Part shown: positions 33,097 to 45,463 of the stretch, piece by piece | Numbering within the stretch: the stretch's first letter is position 1 | Layout: every line of letters starts with the position of its first letter | NCBI GenBank assembly: GCA_030295235.1 | Contig: AP026128.1 | Location: forward strand, 1,178,001 to 1,242,000 | From: Fistulifera solaris | Taxonomy: Eukaryota | Direction: 5' to 3' | DNA: 64,000 nt | Notes under the pieces: model-generated | What the model was told of the DNA's origin: nothing | The model's database searches: none | What the model saw: the letters and a program-made list of their open reading frames with translations, nothing else | Made by a program: the position numbers and the translations under genes

Positions 33097-34140
33097 ATGA
33101 TTGAGTCGGGCTATCAAAGCGGCTTTCAAGTTATCGAAAGCAGAAACGATGTAAATGAGAAAGATCCTGTGGATCTTGTAACTCGAGCCGCCGGGCAACT
33201 GTTGTGGAATCTGCTTCTTAATCGAAAGATTCCGGAAGATGGAGATGTAGATTGGCTCATCCTCAAGCGAGAGTATCCTTTGCTCTCTTCAGTTACGCAA
33301 ATAAAGCTCATAGAGTTATTGATGGTTATTCGATCGATCGTCATTCTCGACGATTCAATAGATGATAGAGTTGAGCAAGTGTTGGCGGAGTACAATGGGA
33401 AAATAGTTGTTGTTCGTCGCAATCTGACGGAAGAATTGTATCGATTGAGTCCGGACCGCTTTCATGCGCACGTTGCTGATTTCAATGATAACCTTTCGTA
33501 CTGTATGCAAACGACCCGTGGTTTTCCAGCAAATCCGAGCATGCTCACTGCCGATGAATGGGAAGAGGAAATAGCTCTATTTGAAAAAGATGTGAAAGAG
33601 AAACTGAAATCATGTCACATTGAAGTGCAGTCATCTTTTCTCAAAACAGACAAGACGGTGGCTCAGCCGGCACATGTCGACTACTCCTGGAAAGTACTTA
33701 GTGAAAGAGCTGACGAACTGTGGCTCGCATTCTTTCCTCTTACCAGCCAGGGTATGATCCTGCAACTTTGGCCGCCTCATGGATCCCAAGGCTTGCTTGT
33801 TTTTATACCATTGGGAAAGATGCTCCTCGTTCCTTCCGATACGATTCATGGTGGAGGTTTCCGCACTTTTCCTATTCATGATCTGGGAACTCGCGATGAA
33901 TCGTATGAAAGCGAAAGTGCAAATCATACTCACAACGATGAGTGCGACAAGGAAAATGTGTACGTCGGCAACATGCGATACCATCTTTACATTGCTACAC
34001 ACGGCAAATCGCTTCCGAAATTTGCACAGAATGTATACACAATCAAAGGCGATAAGCGTAGGGAACTGTCCCAGGTCTGTACCAATGCTTCTGGAGTCAA
34101 TGAGAAAAACTCGTTGCTGATGAGGACTCTATTTGAATGA
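33097..34140 (+). CDS. hypothetical protein with a putative Fe(II)/2OG-type double-stranded beta-helix (HxD...H)
   Basis: Intact 347-aa ORF with QPAHVDY, FFPL, IPLGKMLLVPSDTIHGGG and NMRYHLYI. Confidence 0.6.
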   Translation: MIESGYQSGFQVIESRNDVNEKDPVDLVTRAAGQLLWNLLLNRKIPEDGDVDWLILKREYPLLSSVTQIKLIELLMVIRSIVILDDSIDDRVEQVLAEYNGKIVVVRRNLTEELYRLSPDRFHAHVADFNDNLSYCMQTTRGFPANPSMLTADEWEEEIALFEKDVKEKLKSCHIEVQSSFLKTDKTVAQPAHVDYSWKVLSERADELWLAFFPLTSQGMILQLWPPHGSQGLLVFIPLGKMLLVPSDTIHGGGFRTFPIHDLGTRDESYESESANHTHNDECDKENVYVGNMRYHLYIATHGKSLPKFAQNVYTIKGDKRRELSQVCTNASGVNEKNSLLMRTLFE

Positions 34141-34333
34141 GCGAAAAACATTTTAAGAATTTATATAAGCATGAAGTTACTCTTATTAAAGAACATTGCC
34201 ACTGTAATTGACGTCCTCTTGGAGATAGAAAAGCATAGGAGCAAGAAGTAGCATTCGATGAGACGTAAATAACGAACCATTTGCCGACGTTTCGCCTCTT
34301 CGCTCGAAGATCCATGTTAAGTTACGAAGCTGC

Positions 34334-35177
34334 TCATGTATAATGTTCTGCGCAGGTATATTGTTGTAAAATAATTTGTGCGGCTTCCACAATTGATGGA
34401 CACACTTGTGTAGACCCTCCTTTCACCTTTCCTTCATCGCCGGCAAGGTACTTGCCCGTTTGTACTAATATTGCAGCTCCCATACCGGCATCAATGGCGC
34501 CTTGGATATCTTGCACAGCATCGTCACCAATCATACACGTCTCACTGAGAGGAATATCATCCACTGCAGCACTTTCGAAAAAAGCCCGACTCGGTTTGCC
34601 CATAACAACTGCGGACGCATTTGTAGCCGACTCCAGCGCTGTAACGAACGGACCGGGGCCTAAACTGAGTTCGCCATCGACATCGCGTAAATAGTTGGCT
34701 CGATGAATCGCGATGAGAGGTTTCTTGTTATCGTGGTCGTCATTCCGTAATATCCGAAACGCCGTATTCAATTGTTCATAATTCAGTTTGGAAGGAGCTA
34801 AACCGACAACGACACAATCGTGAGGGAGAATCGAGTGGTACATGGCCCACAAAGTCACGAACATCTTCCATGAGGCAAAACGGCCGCAAATTGTTTCTTT
34901 GCAGATAATTGCGCGTCGCCAAGACGCTGGTAATAAGATGTTCCGGTTTCACAGAGAATCCCATTGATGTCAATTGCTGTAAAAGCTCTTCCGACGACGA
35001 TTTGGAAGTGTTGGTAAGAAACCGCACTTGAAGATTCGGATGGGATTGCAATCGTTGCACCGCATCGAGGGCTCCTGGGATGGGCTTATCGCCAATATGG
35101 AGTGTTCCCGACAAATCCAGCAAGACAGCTCGAATAATTTGTTGCTTGGAAAGTATGTTTGTTGAAGGAGAAGTCAT
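34334..35177 (-). CDS. HAD subfamily IIA hydrolase (HDHD2/LHPP-like), frameshifted
   Basis: VLLDLSGTLHIG, RFLTNTS, LSLGPGPFV, MGKPSRAFF and MIGDDAVQDIQGA. One extra base at ~34825. Confidence 0.92.
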
Positions 35178-35533
35178 CTTTGCTATATCAGGTATTTTCT
35201 TAATGGGGCAGTTATCTTTCAACTTTCAACGCGACGCCTTTTCGCTTTTTTCGCCGAAAAACGACGAAAAAGTATCTTTTTGGAGTCCCGAATCAAAAAG
35301 CAAGCTTTCTTCGTTCACGTTTCCGACGCAGCCGTCTGTCCCTCAACGCGCAAAATGAAAACCAATCAACCGCACGATCGAGCCCATCCAAAACACACAG
35401 AAAAAGAAGTCAGCACAACAATAGGGGGACCGAGTGATTTACACATAGCTTCTTTTGTTTGTGCACATCCACAAACCTCTTCATAGCTCCCTTCCTTTGA
35501 CATTACCGAAGCAGAAGAGAGAGCATTTCCGAC

Positions 35534-37587
35534 ATGATAGCTGTGGTTTTGTTTCTACTACCATATTTTATTTTTCCGACAAACGGATTTTTCGTTGCTC
35601 CATCCCATGTGTGCTCTCAAAGCAATTCGAGAATCTGTGCTGTGAAGCTCTCTTTGTTCCGGAATATCGGGTCGAGGAAGAAGACGGGCAAGATAAGACG
35701 ATCGTTGAAGAGGGACGTGCCGAGAATGATACCCCAGCAAAACAACCCGCACCCAATTCGAAGACCGAATCGAACAACGTGAAACCCATGTTTGCTGCCA
35801 TGGAACCCGGAACTGTCGTGCAAATTCAAGTTGGCGATGTCAGCTTGGCTCGCAAGGCTTGGAAGAAACGCCGACGTTCCGGTTCACCTTTGTTGGTTCC
35901 GTGCAGTGTGTTGAAAGTAGACCGACAGTCCACGGTGCGATGGAATTTAATTTACTTGTTGGAGAAATTTGGATCGAAACACGCGGCAGGAACTCGCATC
36001 TCTCTGGTTGAGTTAACGCGTCGTCACCGAAAGCATTTGCAGTCTTCTTTGACTCACCAAGCGACGGTCATGGGACACGAGACTGCCGGGGATCTTGTGC
36101 AGGCCTTGTTTCATAAGCAAGTGCAGGAATCGTATGGCGTCAAATTGAACGTGGAAGATGACATGCTGTGGTTGGAAGCTCCGATCTCCAAATTTCGTGC
36201 TCAAAAGCGCGCGAATGGGGCGGCTGTTCTTCAATTTGAGGACGATCATACGGAAGACACGTTGCGTCACACCGGAATGGTACGCAATCGACGTATGGAT
36301 GAAGCTGGCGATGCGAATAACAACAGCACGGTTTATCGATTGCAGCCGCTATCGGCAGCTCTTCGCATTAATCAAGATGATGTAGACTCGGGGACCATCA
36401 AAAATGGGAGCTTTCATGCGGCAGTGGTGTTTGATTACGACAAGGAAGGAGATGCCGGATCGCCTCTATTGACTCTTTCGTTGAATCCTTCTCGTAATCA
36501 AGTGAGAGAGCGCCTTAAGATTGTGGATCGCTCACAGCAATTGATTCAGAATCCCAAACATTTATTGCACACTTTGAGTGTTGGACAAGGACCCATGCGT
36601 GGTAAAGTAGTACGCTTTTTCAAAGGGGGAGCAATCATCGACTGCGGCGTTGGTCGCAAAGTCAATAGCAGAGGAAGTGCTCACCAGGTGGTTCGTGTGG
36701 AAGGTATTCTTCGCTTCAAAGACGCATTCGTTTCCGATGGCTCTGCTCGCAGTTTTGAAGGGAAACAATTCGATGATGATGGGGATGACGAGAGTGAGGA
36801 CGAGGAGGATGAAGATTGGGATGATTTGCTTACAATTGAAGATCTTGATGGAATGGACGAGGACGAAGACGACGCTTACGGCGATGACAATGAGAATTAC
36901 GATGGTCCGTCAGCGGAGCTTGGCAAAGTTTTGAAGCAGCTCGAAGAAGATGAAGACTTTGCTGATAGCGAAGACATCACCCACTTATTTGAGACGCGTG
37001 CGGATGGGTCGATCGTTTATCATGACCCAGAAAGTGGGGATGAGACTCTTATTCTTGCGGATGATGAAGATGTTGAGGAAGATGATGATAAAGCTGCGTT
37101 CAAGAAATACAGACGTAGCACTCAGCACACCAAGAGAAGTGTACAGAAAATCTGGCCTTTGGCTTCTGGTTTGCGTAGATCTGTTCGATTGTACATCGGA
37201 GACGAAATTGACGTCTACGTGAAATCCATTTCAAAGCAATCTAGTCAGCTGTTGTTAACGATGGATTCTAGTATTCAGGGACGGAAAGCCAAAGATCTTA
37301 AAGATGAAGACAAAGTTCAAAAGAAGCTTACTCGATTGGCGAAACAAATAGGTGGCTTGCATAAGATCGACACGCTGCGCGGCCAAGAGCACAACGGCGT
37401 TGTTAAAGCAACGTCGAATGCTGGTGACTGGTTGTATGTACAGCCGGATGTCGAAGGTCTTCCTGTTGGCGTTGCGTCTGTTTTGACTGATCATGAGTTG
37501 CACGAGGGGGACGAAGTACGAATACGAATTGAAGGAGTCGATGAAAATCGCGGACAAATAGCGATGCTGATATTGAATAAAATATAG
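35534..37587 (+). CDS. S1/OB-fold RNA-binding domain protein with acidic insert, probably plastid-targeted
   Basis: LSVGQGPMRGKVVRFFKGGAIIDCGV, IGDEIDVYVKSI and EGDEVRIRIEGVDENRGQI (S1-like). The signal-like start at 35534 needs one frameshift. Confidence 0.65.
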
Positions 37588-37721
37588 GACAATAATAGTT
37601 TTGATCTTATCAACATGTTCTTAACTGAAATGGCGATGTTGTTGAGACGAGACCGTAGATCGTTTGGTGTCGTAAAGGAAAGAATTGGATTCGTAGACCA
37701 CATTACTAAGCACGTAAGCCT

Positions 37722-38807
37722 TTAGTTTCCCCCACCATACCGTCTGCGAGTAGTCGCAGCTGGATTATTGGAAGAGTGTGCAGCGGATGAAGAAGCAACC
37801 TCGTAACGTGCCGGAATTTGGTTATTGTATGCCATCCCCGCTGTTTCCTTTCGACCACCTGGCCCACCGGGGCGTTGCTGATTGTTTCGTTTTGCTGGCT
37901 TTTTCGATCTTTGAATAGGATCATCTTCATCCCAGACCTGTCCAAGTAAAATTGATAGCAAGGTTCCGATGACACCAAACACGATCATGACAATACCTTG
38001 CCACGACGGTGAACGACTCTCCTTGATAAGGACCTTTTGCCGCCTGCGTTTCGTGTAAGATGTGACTTTTTGAATCATGGTTCGAACTCGTCTTCGCGTT
38101 TGAAAGTTTCCAAAATGAGACATTGTCAAACGATATTGGCCTTCTTGATCTTTCACGGGTGTCAAGAACTCCAAGAGCGGATTCAACGATACTGCTGGAA
38201 TATCGGCACTATTTGGAGAATTCTTTTCATTTGTCAATGCATTCTTGTCTTGAAGATAAACAGCATACGAAATATAGTATCCGTCTTGATCAGGGCCTTT
38301 GTATGTACTTGCATTCGCCTTGCTTTTCTTTTTTTCCTTTGTTGTTGCGCGTGTGATCATCGGTCGATACTTTGTCGTCCGACACAAACGATCCGTCCTT
38401 CAACGTTCGGACCGGAAGCGCTTGAATTAATTGACTACGCGATATTGTCAATTTGGTTTGCTTTTTCCATCCAACTGGTTGTACGGAGATTAAACACTCT
38501 GTACTCAGGCAATTTACCTGTATATGAGCATTTCCATAACGGATAGCTCTGTAACCCATGTACGTCAAGAACAGAAAGAATAGCGCCGCCTGTGTTGTTC
38601 GTCGAAAGACAACACTCGATCGCTGCCATGCCTGAACAATTGGGGGAGCCATCTGAATACTCGCCGCTGACCCATCGTTTGTTCCTTTGCTAAAAGCCGT
38701 CCGACTCGATCGAACACGCCTTGCTTACGACTTGTGCTATACGCATAAGGCCCGTTCGAAGAGCCGGTTGTAGGTAAAAAATCTTGATTTCGTTTCTTCG
38801 TGAACAT
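37722..38807 (-). CDS. hypothetical two-TM membrane protein (frameshifted pieces)
   Basis: Overlapping ORFs 38565-38807, 38290-38652 and 37722-38387 with TM segments ALFFLFLTYMGY and WQGIVMIVFGVIGTLLSILLG. Confidence 0.55.
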
Positions 38808-40010
38808 TGTCTCTTTCGTTAATTTTCGCTTGTAAACATGTAATAAAGAGGCTCTCTAGAGTCAATCAGCGAAACAATGCATTCAATGACAATGGAGCAG
38901 CGTCAAGTTCAAATGCGACGTGCGAATGCCGAACATCTCATTTTTGTCATTTTCGATTAACGAGATTCCGAATTCCAAATGCTTTAAATCAGGACGTCGT
39001 ACGTCGTGCTTTTGGGCCAATAAATACCAGCAACTTCGTCAGCTGCCAAACTTTCGGATGAATGATACAGAATGTACTATCCATGTTTGGCTCGGCTTTC
39101 GGGGTTTACGGAAACGTTACACTACAGCTTACAGTGCAACACTTTCTATCTGTTTTTCCAATACCAGGTCTTCGGTAGGTGATAAATCGTAAGATCTCCA
39201 TGCGTGAGTTAAAAGAAAAGATCAATCACACTTGCACTACAAATTCCTTATATTCATTAGATTCCAGAAACTGTCCACACTTGTAACTCATGACCCAGAA
39301 ATCACTTTCAAAGCCATACTGCAAACCACCCAAGACAGGCAATTGTCCAGCAAGAACGCGGACAACGAGATGACAGGATGGACCCAAGACCCAAGACGAA
39401 TTGCAATTATGTGTGTCTCGCTTGCCGGTTTTCATTCTTCCGGATCGTCGGAGTCAAAACTCCACTCACGACATCGGCCAGTCGGCCAGCCAAAGACATC
39501 TTTCGCTCCATCAACATTCTCATTCAATGTGATTGACGACCACAAATTGACCCTCAGATGCGGATCAGCATGCCCAGTGATTTTGAAACGCCTTGGTAGG
39601 GTAGTCGAATGCAATTGTATGCTGAAAAGGAGCAGAACAGGGCATCGACACACGGAGAATTTCTTCGAAAAGATCTAAGGCGAAAGAAATAATGATGTTT
39701 CTCTTGTGCTCTGCGAGACGATTGCATGAGAAAAAGAAATTGTGAGATCTTTGTCGGGCTGCGATGATGACTGACAACTTGTGACCTTCAGAGATCGGCT
39801 ATGCGTTTGTCTCTTGTTGACGTTACTTTGGAGCTATCGACACGCGACGGATTTATTCTAAAAGATGTAAGTTGAAAGAAATGATGTTTAATTGAGTTTA
39901 TGGGAGACGATAGCGTGACACAAAAACGAAAATATGTGATCGCTGTTGAGCTACGATGATAACTAACAAGTTGTAACCTTCAGGGATCTTGGCTTCTGTA
40001 GCGACATCGA

Positions 40011-41270
40011 TTATGAGTTCATTTCTTGTTGGCGTTTCTTTTGAGCCGCCTTGCGCTTTCTGTTAAACTCGGCAATAGCCTTTCGATACTGCTTCTTTCC
40101 TTCATCGGCGCGCTGGTTGTAAGCCGCAAGTCTCTCTGGGTCGATCGTCTTCCATCGCTCAGCAATTGTCTTCGCCATGGCTTCAAAACCGATCTTTCCG
40201 TGGGGCTCCTTTCTGCGATTGCGCTTGACACCGTCGGACGTGTGATGCTCATTTTCGGCAGCTTGTTCCTCAACAATGTTCGCTCGTTCTTCTTTGAAGA
40301 ACAAGTTGTACGCTGTGAGTGGTCGTTTCGGTCTCGCAATGGCGGGTAAGTCGTCGGGTTCATCAGATGGCTTGGTCAAGAGAATGCCGCGACTTTCAAT
40401 CTGATTGTCCTGGGGATACACCAAAAACGGCGGTTTCAGTTCTTTCGTCGCGCTTTGAGAGGCACTTCGTGCGAAAATGTCGTCGTTGAAGGAAACAGGT
40501 TGACCTTGACGCTCAGTGACTCCCTTCACGAGACCGGAGATGTTTCTATGCAACAATCTTTGGAAGGAAAGATCGCCGGCTCCTTGTTCGTTTGGTATAT
40601 TGTTGGAAGTCGCCATTTGTTCCGCGAATTCGCCCATAAAGTTGCTACCTGCGAGACCGTACGTGTTGTTCATCGCCATCCCTTGCGCAAGTCCTGAGTT
40701 TTGACCCTGGTTCGTTTGGTTTGTTGCCATCCAAAGTGGGTTGACTTGATTAAAGGTTTGCTGAGCCAGAAACATGTTTTGTTGCTGCTCCGCTGCGGCT
40801 AAGTTACCGTAAAACAAGTTTTGCTGCTGAAACTGAGTCGTGAGCGGTGTCATGCCGACGTTGTTTTTCTGCGTCTGATCGAAAGCCATCCCCATTGCAG
40901 AGGGTGTATTCATGTATCCTAATCCAAAGTTTTGTACGGCAGATTGAAATTGGCTACTCATTTGCGGTTGAAATGCGCTTGCGGCTCTCTGCCGTTGCAT
41001 CTCCTGGAAGGCCTGCATAGTTCCTTGATTGTAAAGCTGCAAGCTGTTGTCGTTTGGCTGCGTGAGCTGTCGACCTTCTTCAAGCTGGCGATGATTCGTG
41101 TTGTCAAACTGTCGCCCATCGTTTGCGAATCCACCTGTTTCTTCGCCGTACTGATAATCAACATCATCGAAGTTGTATTGTGAGGAAGCCATAAGGTTTA
41201 AATCAGTGCTGTTGGAAAAAGGATTGAATATCTGCTGCCTTAAATATCTTTCTGAGACGACACTTGCCAT
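40011..41270 (-). CDS. HMG-box transcription factor with Q/N-rich N-terminus
   Basis: RPKRPLTAYNLFFKEER...PHGKIGFEAMAKTIAERWK...YRKAI, a typical diatom HMG box. Confidence 0.92.
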   Translation of the reverse strand: MASVVSERYLRQQIFNPFSNSTDLNLMASSQYNFDDVDYQYGEETGGFANDGRQFDNTNHRQLEEGRQLTQPNDNSLQLYNQGTMQAFQEMQRQRAASAFQPQMSSQFQSAVQNFGLGYMNTPSAMGMAFDQTQKNNVGMTPLTTQFQQQNLFYGNLAAAEQQQNMFLAQQTFNQVNPLWMATNQTNQGQNSGLAQGMAMNNTYGLAGSNFMGEFAEQMATSNNIPNEQGAGDLSFQRLLHRNISGLVKGVTERQGQPVSFNDDIFARSASQSATKELKPPFLVYPQDNQIESRGILLTKPSDEPDDLPAIARPKRPLTAYNLFFKEERANIVEEQAAENEHHTSDGVKRNRRKEPHGKIGFEAMAKTIAERWKTIDPERLAAYNQRADEGKKQYRKAIAEFNRKRKAAQKKRQQEMNS

Positions 41271-42822
41271 TGCGAGAGTTTTGAAGGTTGTCTTAGCTCG
41301 AGCGTCCCTGTTTCTCTCGCGTAACTGTCACGATACGTAAGAGACACCAGCAACAACTAAACAAAAGACACAACACTTTGTTTTGTGAGAGTTTGCTCCG
41401 AGCTTTTTGAACTCGTTGCTGTGAATTTCATTTGCATCGTTGAGGCTTCTGGCGAGGTGATCGTAGTGCGGCGTGGTTGCTATCGTTATAGATCTCCATG
41501 CTCTCTGAGCAATGTTGGTCGGCATTTTTGAGTGATATGATTGCAACTTACAAGGGTCTGGATAACGAACACAGTACATAAGTTCCATTACTGAGCAAAT
41601 CGGAATTTGATGTGTCTTAGTCTACATTTGCGTTAAGAGTTGTATCAAAATTGAACAATATGAAGCTATTTGTGTCCTTTTTTCACTTTTTACGAAATTG
41701 CTACAATTTAGTTTCAACCGGGTTTCAACAGGAATCCAACATCCAACGGTTCAAAACCAAATACTCCGATACTATTGTCGTCATAGACTGGGGCAACTGA
41801 CGCTCGCCGATTTCTCCATGGTCCATCTTTTGCCCTTAATTCAGTCCTGCTTCAAACACACAATCCTTTCTCTACTTCAGCCTTTCAACATGAAAGAACA
41901 GAAGAAGACATTCACATTCTGCACCAGCTCTCGACATCATAACTATAAGCCCTCCGGCTGACGTGACTCGCTCTGGTTGCAAAGACGAGTTAGTAGGACA
42001 TAACGCTTAACAGAATTTTGTCACTCGAAGAGAAAAGATGAAAACTCTGACTAGGCTGAGTCAGAGAGTAGTGATAGAAATATTGTCTATAGCCCATGGC
42101 GTATCAGTATTTCGCGTTCCATTACTTATTACTTATGAAAAGATACCGTGTAAAGTGAAAACCGAAAACCATGTAAAATGTAAAATACCTATATTCTAGA
42201 GACCTATGGTGTCGGTGGCAGGTGCATTCGATCAATGGTGCGATCAATGGTGCGATCTAACATCTATCTGGAATCTAAATGACTCTAGCTAGAGGGAGAG
42301 CTAAGGTCTATGCAGAGCTAAGCTAAAGCTTAGGCCACCTTTACTAACTAGTCTAAAGCAAAGATCAAAGAAGGTAGCTTTGTCACTTGTCGACCTGATA
42401 GGTTTTCTAATAAAAGGATGCTTGTCGACCACTCCGCCGAAGAAGGCTGCGGCTACCGTACCGGTGCCGGTATGTAGTGTTTTCACTTTCATAATAATTT
42501 GGAATAGACCACAAGTGACACTAAAAGAATATGTTTGACGTTTGGCGGTTGATTGTTGCGTTGGCCGCTGTGAAAGAGAAAAAAAAGCAGAAAAATCTGT
42601 TTATTGATTTCATTTAGTAAAGTAGGAGGAACAAAGGATGGTAACGAAGCTAGTGGCTTTTAAATCGCGAGAGTAAGAACCTACCACCTGGATAGAACTT
42701 AGAATAAAATATCAGAGTTATTTATTTATTAAAAAAAAAATGAAGTCGACATTGCTTTGTTGTGATGTCAAAGGCGACGTTTTGTTTGTGAAGGGCATCG
42801 CGACAAATGAAACAAATGTGAT

Positions 42823-43314
42823 TCATGACCTTACTGTAAATGCAGTCTTGGCAGGCGTAAACTAACACTCCGTTTCATAGTAAAAATTCAAAGTGTCGAT
42901 CCTCGGATTTTCGACGTGAAAATAAAAGGAAATCTTAACATGTACTTCAGAATCATCGTTGTTGCATTTTTATTTACCCGTAATTATAATAATATTTGCA
43001 GTTGAATGACAATGGACGGATGCGAGAGACGCAAAACGGAACCCTTTGTTGTTCGTTAATGACGACTCATGACTACTGTAAAATGCAGTCTTGGCAGGCG
43101 TAAACTAACACTCCGTTTCATAGTAAAAATTCAAAGTGTCGATCCTCGGATTTTCGACGTGAAAATAAAAGGAAATCTTAACATGTACTTCAGAATCATC
43201 GTTGTTGCGTTTTTATTTACCCGTAATTATAATAATATTTGCAGTTGAATGACAATGGACGGATGCGAGAGACGCAGAACGAAACCCTTTGTTGTTAACA
43301 CTCCGTTTCATAGT
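42823..43314. repeat. near-perfect ~243-bp direct tandem duplication
   Basis: TGCAGTCTTGGCAGGCG starts at 42841 and 43084. The copies match over ~220 bp with few substitutions; a partial third piece lies at 43297-43314. Confidence 0.93.
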
Positions 43315-43672
43315 GGAAATACTCCGTAGTCAAAAATGTATTGTCTACTAGCCAAGACTAAATGCAGTCACGAATTTAAATTCTTTCGATCATCGACAAT
43401 AAAATTCTGCCTTCATTTCGTTCCTTCGTTAAAAATACGTTTTCTTTCATCTCTGACGCTAACATCATTTGCGATTTTATGCAGCTCATATCTTACATCC
43501 GAGAGATCCGCATAGTGGGGAAAACGCAGACAATTGTTAGTTGTTCAGCTCGACTTACTAAACTTCTTCCCACGCATTGTATGCTCCGAGCAAATTTTTT
43601 AGATTTGAATCTCCGCCCACAAGAAATGAAGCATCAGTACTGTCTCTTAGCTTCTAGTATGTAGCTCTTGTC

Positions 43673-45070
43673 TCAGGCGCTCTTCTTTCCTTTCTGGAGC
43701 GCACCCTGCTCGTGACGCATTTTCCGCAGCGCAGTTGAACTCATTCCTTGAGCTTCTGTTCTCCTTGTACATAACAACTTCATGGGAGGTAAACCTAATT
43801 TTTCCTGTCGGTACTTATTCATTTGATAGCCTGTCTGGAGCGTTTCGTGCGACAGGACTAAAGCGTCGAACTTGTTAACTTTCGGATCATCCGAACACGG
43901 AGGACCAAATGGATCCGACAACGTGACGATCTGCACTCGATTCATCATTCCTGGGGCTAACCTGTGCAGGAAGCGACGCACACCTTCGCGGCGTTCTTCC
44001 AAAGATGGCATATACTCGGCAAATCGCTTTTTTGTGAGCATTTCGTCAGCTGTCACTCCGATAAGTAAGCGTCCAGTCAGCGGGTTGACAGATGAGACCG
44101 CAAGCGTCAAAAGTTTACGGTGGCCAAAGTGCAAGCCGTCGAACGTTCCTCCTACACAAACGGAATCATAAAGCAGTTGTTGGTTCAATGGAATCCGCGC
44201 ACCACTCAATAGAACTCCACTGCTTGTTTGTTTTCCATCCATATCACATTCTTCCTCCTCATCGCAAATAGTACCGCTTTGTATTCCCTGTTTCTCTCGG
44301 GAAGCTCTCCAAAGGGGAGACGATTGGATATCGTCTGGATCGTCGTCCACAAAAATGACTGCATCTTCCTCGAGCATTTTGGGGAAATCATCCACCGAAA
44401 TGATCTTTATGGGCGGTAGCTGACGCTGCTTACGCTCGCTATTGATCGCTCGCGCGTGGGCCTCGAGTCCCCCGACCCCTTCCTGCGTCTGAAACATTTT
44501 CCCACGTCCCGTGGCGCCTTCGGAAACCCAACCAGTGAGAGTATCATGAGAACATATAGCATCTAAGTCCGGCTGAATCTCCAACCATGATTCTGGTGCA
44601 GTATTGGGCAAATTTTGCGGATAAACAACGACATCCGGCAGTTTCGCCCGAGGGCTTTCGTCGTACATTACGCAGTCCCAGGTTTGCGAGTAAATCTCCC
44701 CCACATATCGACGAAGACGAGCGAGTGATGGCGGTCGCTCACTCTCGCAACGTAGAACGATCGACAGTTTGTCTGTCTTCGGTAAGACTGCGTTAATAAT
44801 TTTCTCATTGGCGATACGGTCAAGGCTGGTGTAGGGCATCGCGAGAATGGCAATCGCGTGCTGGAAGGGTTTCTTTGACAATCCGTTGGCATCACTGCCT
44901 GCAGATTTCTCTGAATTTTCATAAAGTGTAGCGCCAAGAACCAGTAAAGAAGGATTTGTTTGTCGCCTCTCGTGATTCTGATTCGTTGTCTTGGCTGGAC
45001 GCAGTTGTACCCACGCCGTTACGGCCGAGGCCGGCAAAAGAACAGCTGTTAAGCCAAGGAAACGTTTCAT
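43673..45070 (-). CDS. phosphopantetheine adenylyltransferase-like (cytidylyltransferase family), N-terminal presequence
   Basis: VCVGGTFDGLHFGHRKLL, DPFGP, LVLSHET and MSSTALR. Signal peptide ends in VTA-W. Confidence 0.85.
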   Translation of the reverse strand: MKRFLGLTAVLLPASAVTAWVQLRPAKTTNQNHERRQTNPSLLVLGATLYENSEKSAGSDANGLSKKPFQHAIAILAMPYTSLDRIANEKIINAVLPKTDKLSIVLRCESERPPSLARLRRYVGEIYSQTWDCVMYDESPRAKLPDVVVYPQNLPNTAPESWLEIQPDLDAICSHDTLTGWVSEGATGRGKMFQTQEGVGGLEAHARAINSERKQRQLPPIKIISVDDFPKMLEEDAVIFVDDDPDDIQSSPLWRASREKQGIQSGTICDEEEECDMDGKQTSSGVLLSGARIPLNQQLLYDSVCVGGTFDGLHFGHRKLLTLAVSSVNPLTGRLLIGVTADEMLTKKRFAEYMPSLEERREGVRRFLHRLAPGMMNRVQIVTLSDPFGPPCSDDPKVNKFDALVLSHETLQTGYQMNKYRQEKLGLPPMKLLCTRRTEAQGMSSTALRKMRHEQGALQKGKKSA

Positions 45071-45463
45071 CGTCAAAGTCAAAATTCTACGTGAATCTTC
45101 CTGTTATTTAGCTTACAATATTGCTAGTAAGTTTGGGCTTATTGTAAGTGTGTTGCTCTAGCAATATGTTGCAGGATATCGTTTGATGCGCTGACCATGG
45201 TTGTCATCACGTTGAAGCGTCGAGTTTATCGCGTCACCTCTTTTTGGTGGGAGAAAGTACCTCTACACTAACAATGACACTGTGTAGTACCGCTACGATT
45301 CTTCAGATATGTTGCTAGAGGTCGACGGACGAAAAAATTTCTACTTCGGTACCAATACTGGTACTAGTAAAATAATGGCTACGATCTTGATGAAAACAAA
45401 TGCTTTTGGCTAATTTTCAACTTCGTACGATGCAACAATTTCATCAGTCTTCGCTAAGTCTTT

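Noticed and set aside
39226..39960. Short overlapping ORFs and scattered box C/D-like ATGATGA/CTGA motifs
   Set aside because: No protein motif, no terminal stem and no identifiable rRNA-complementary guide.
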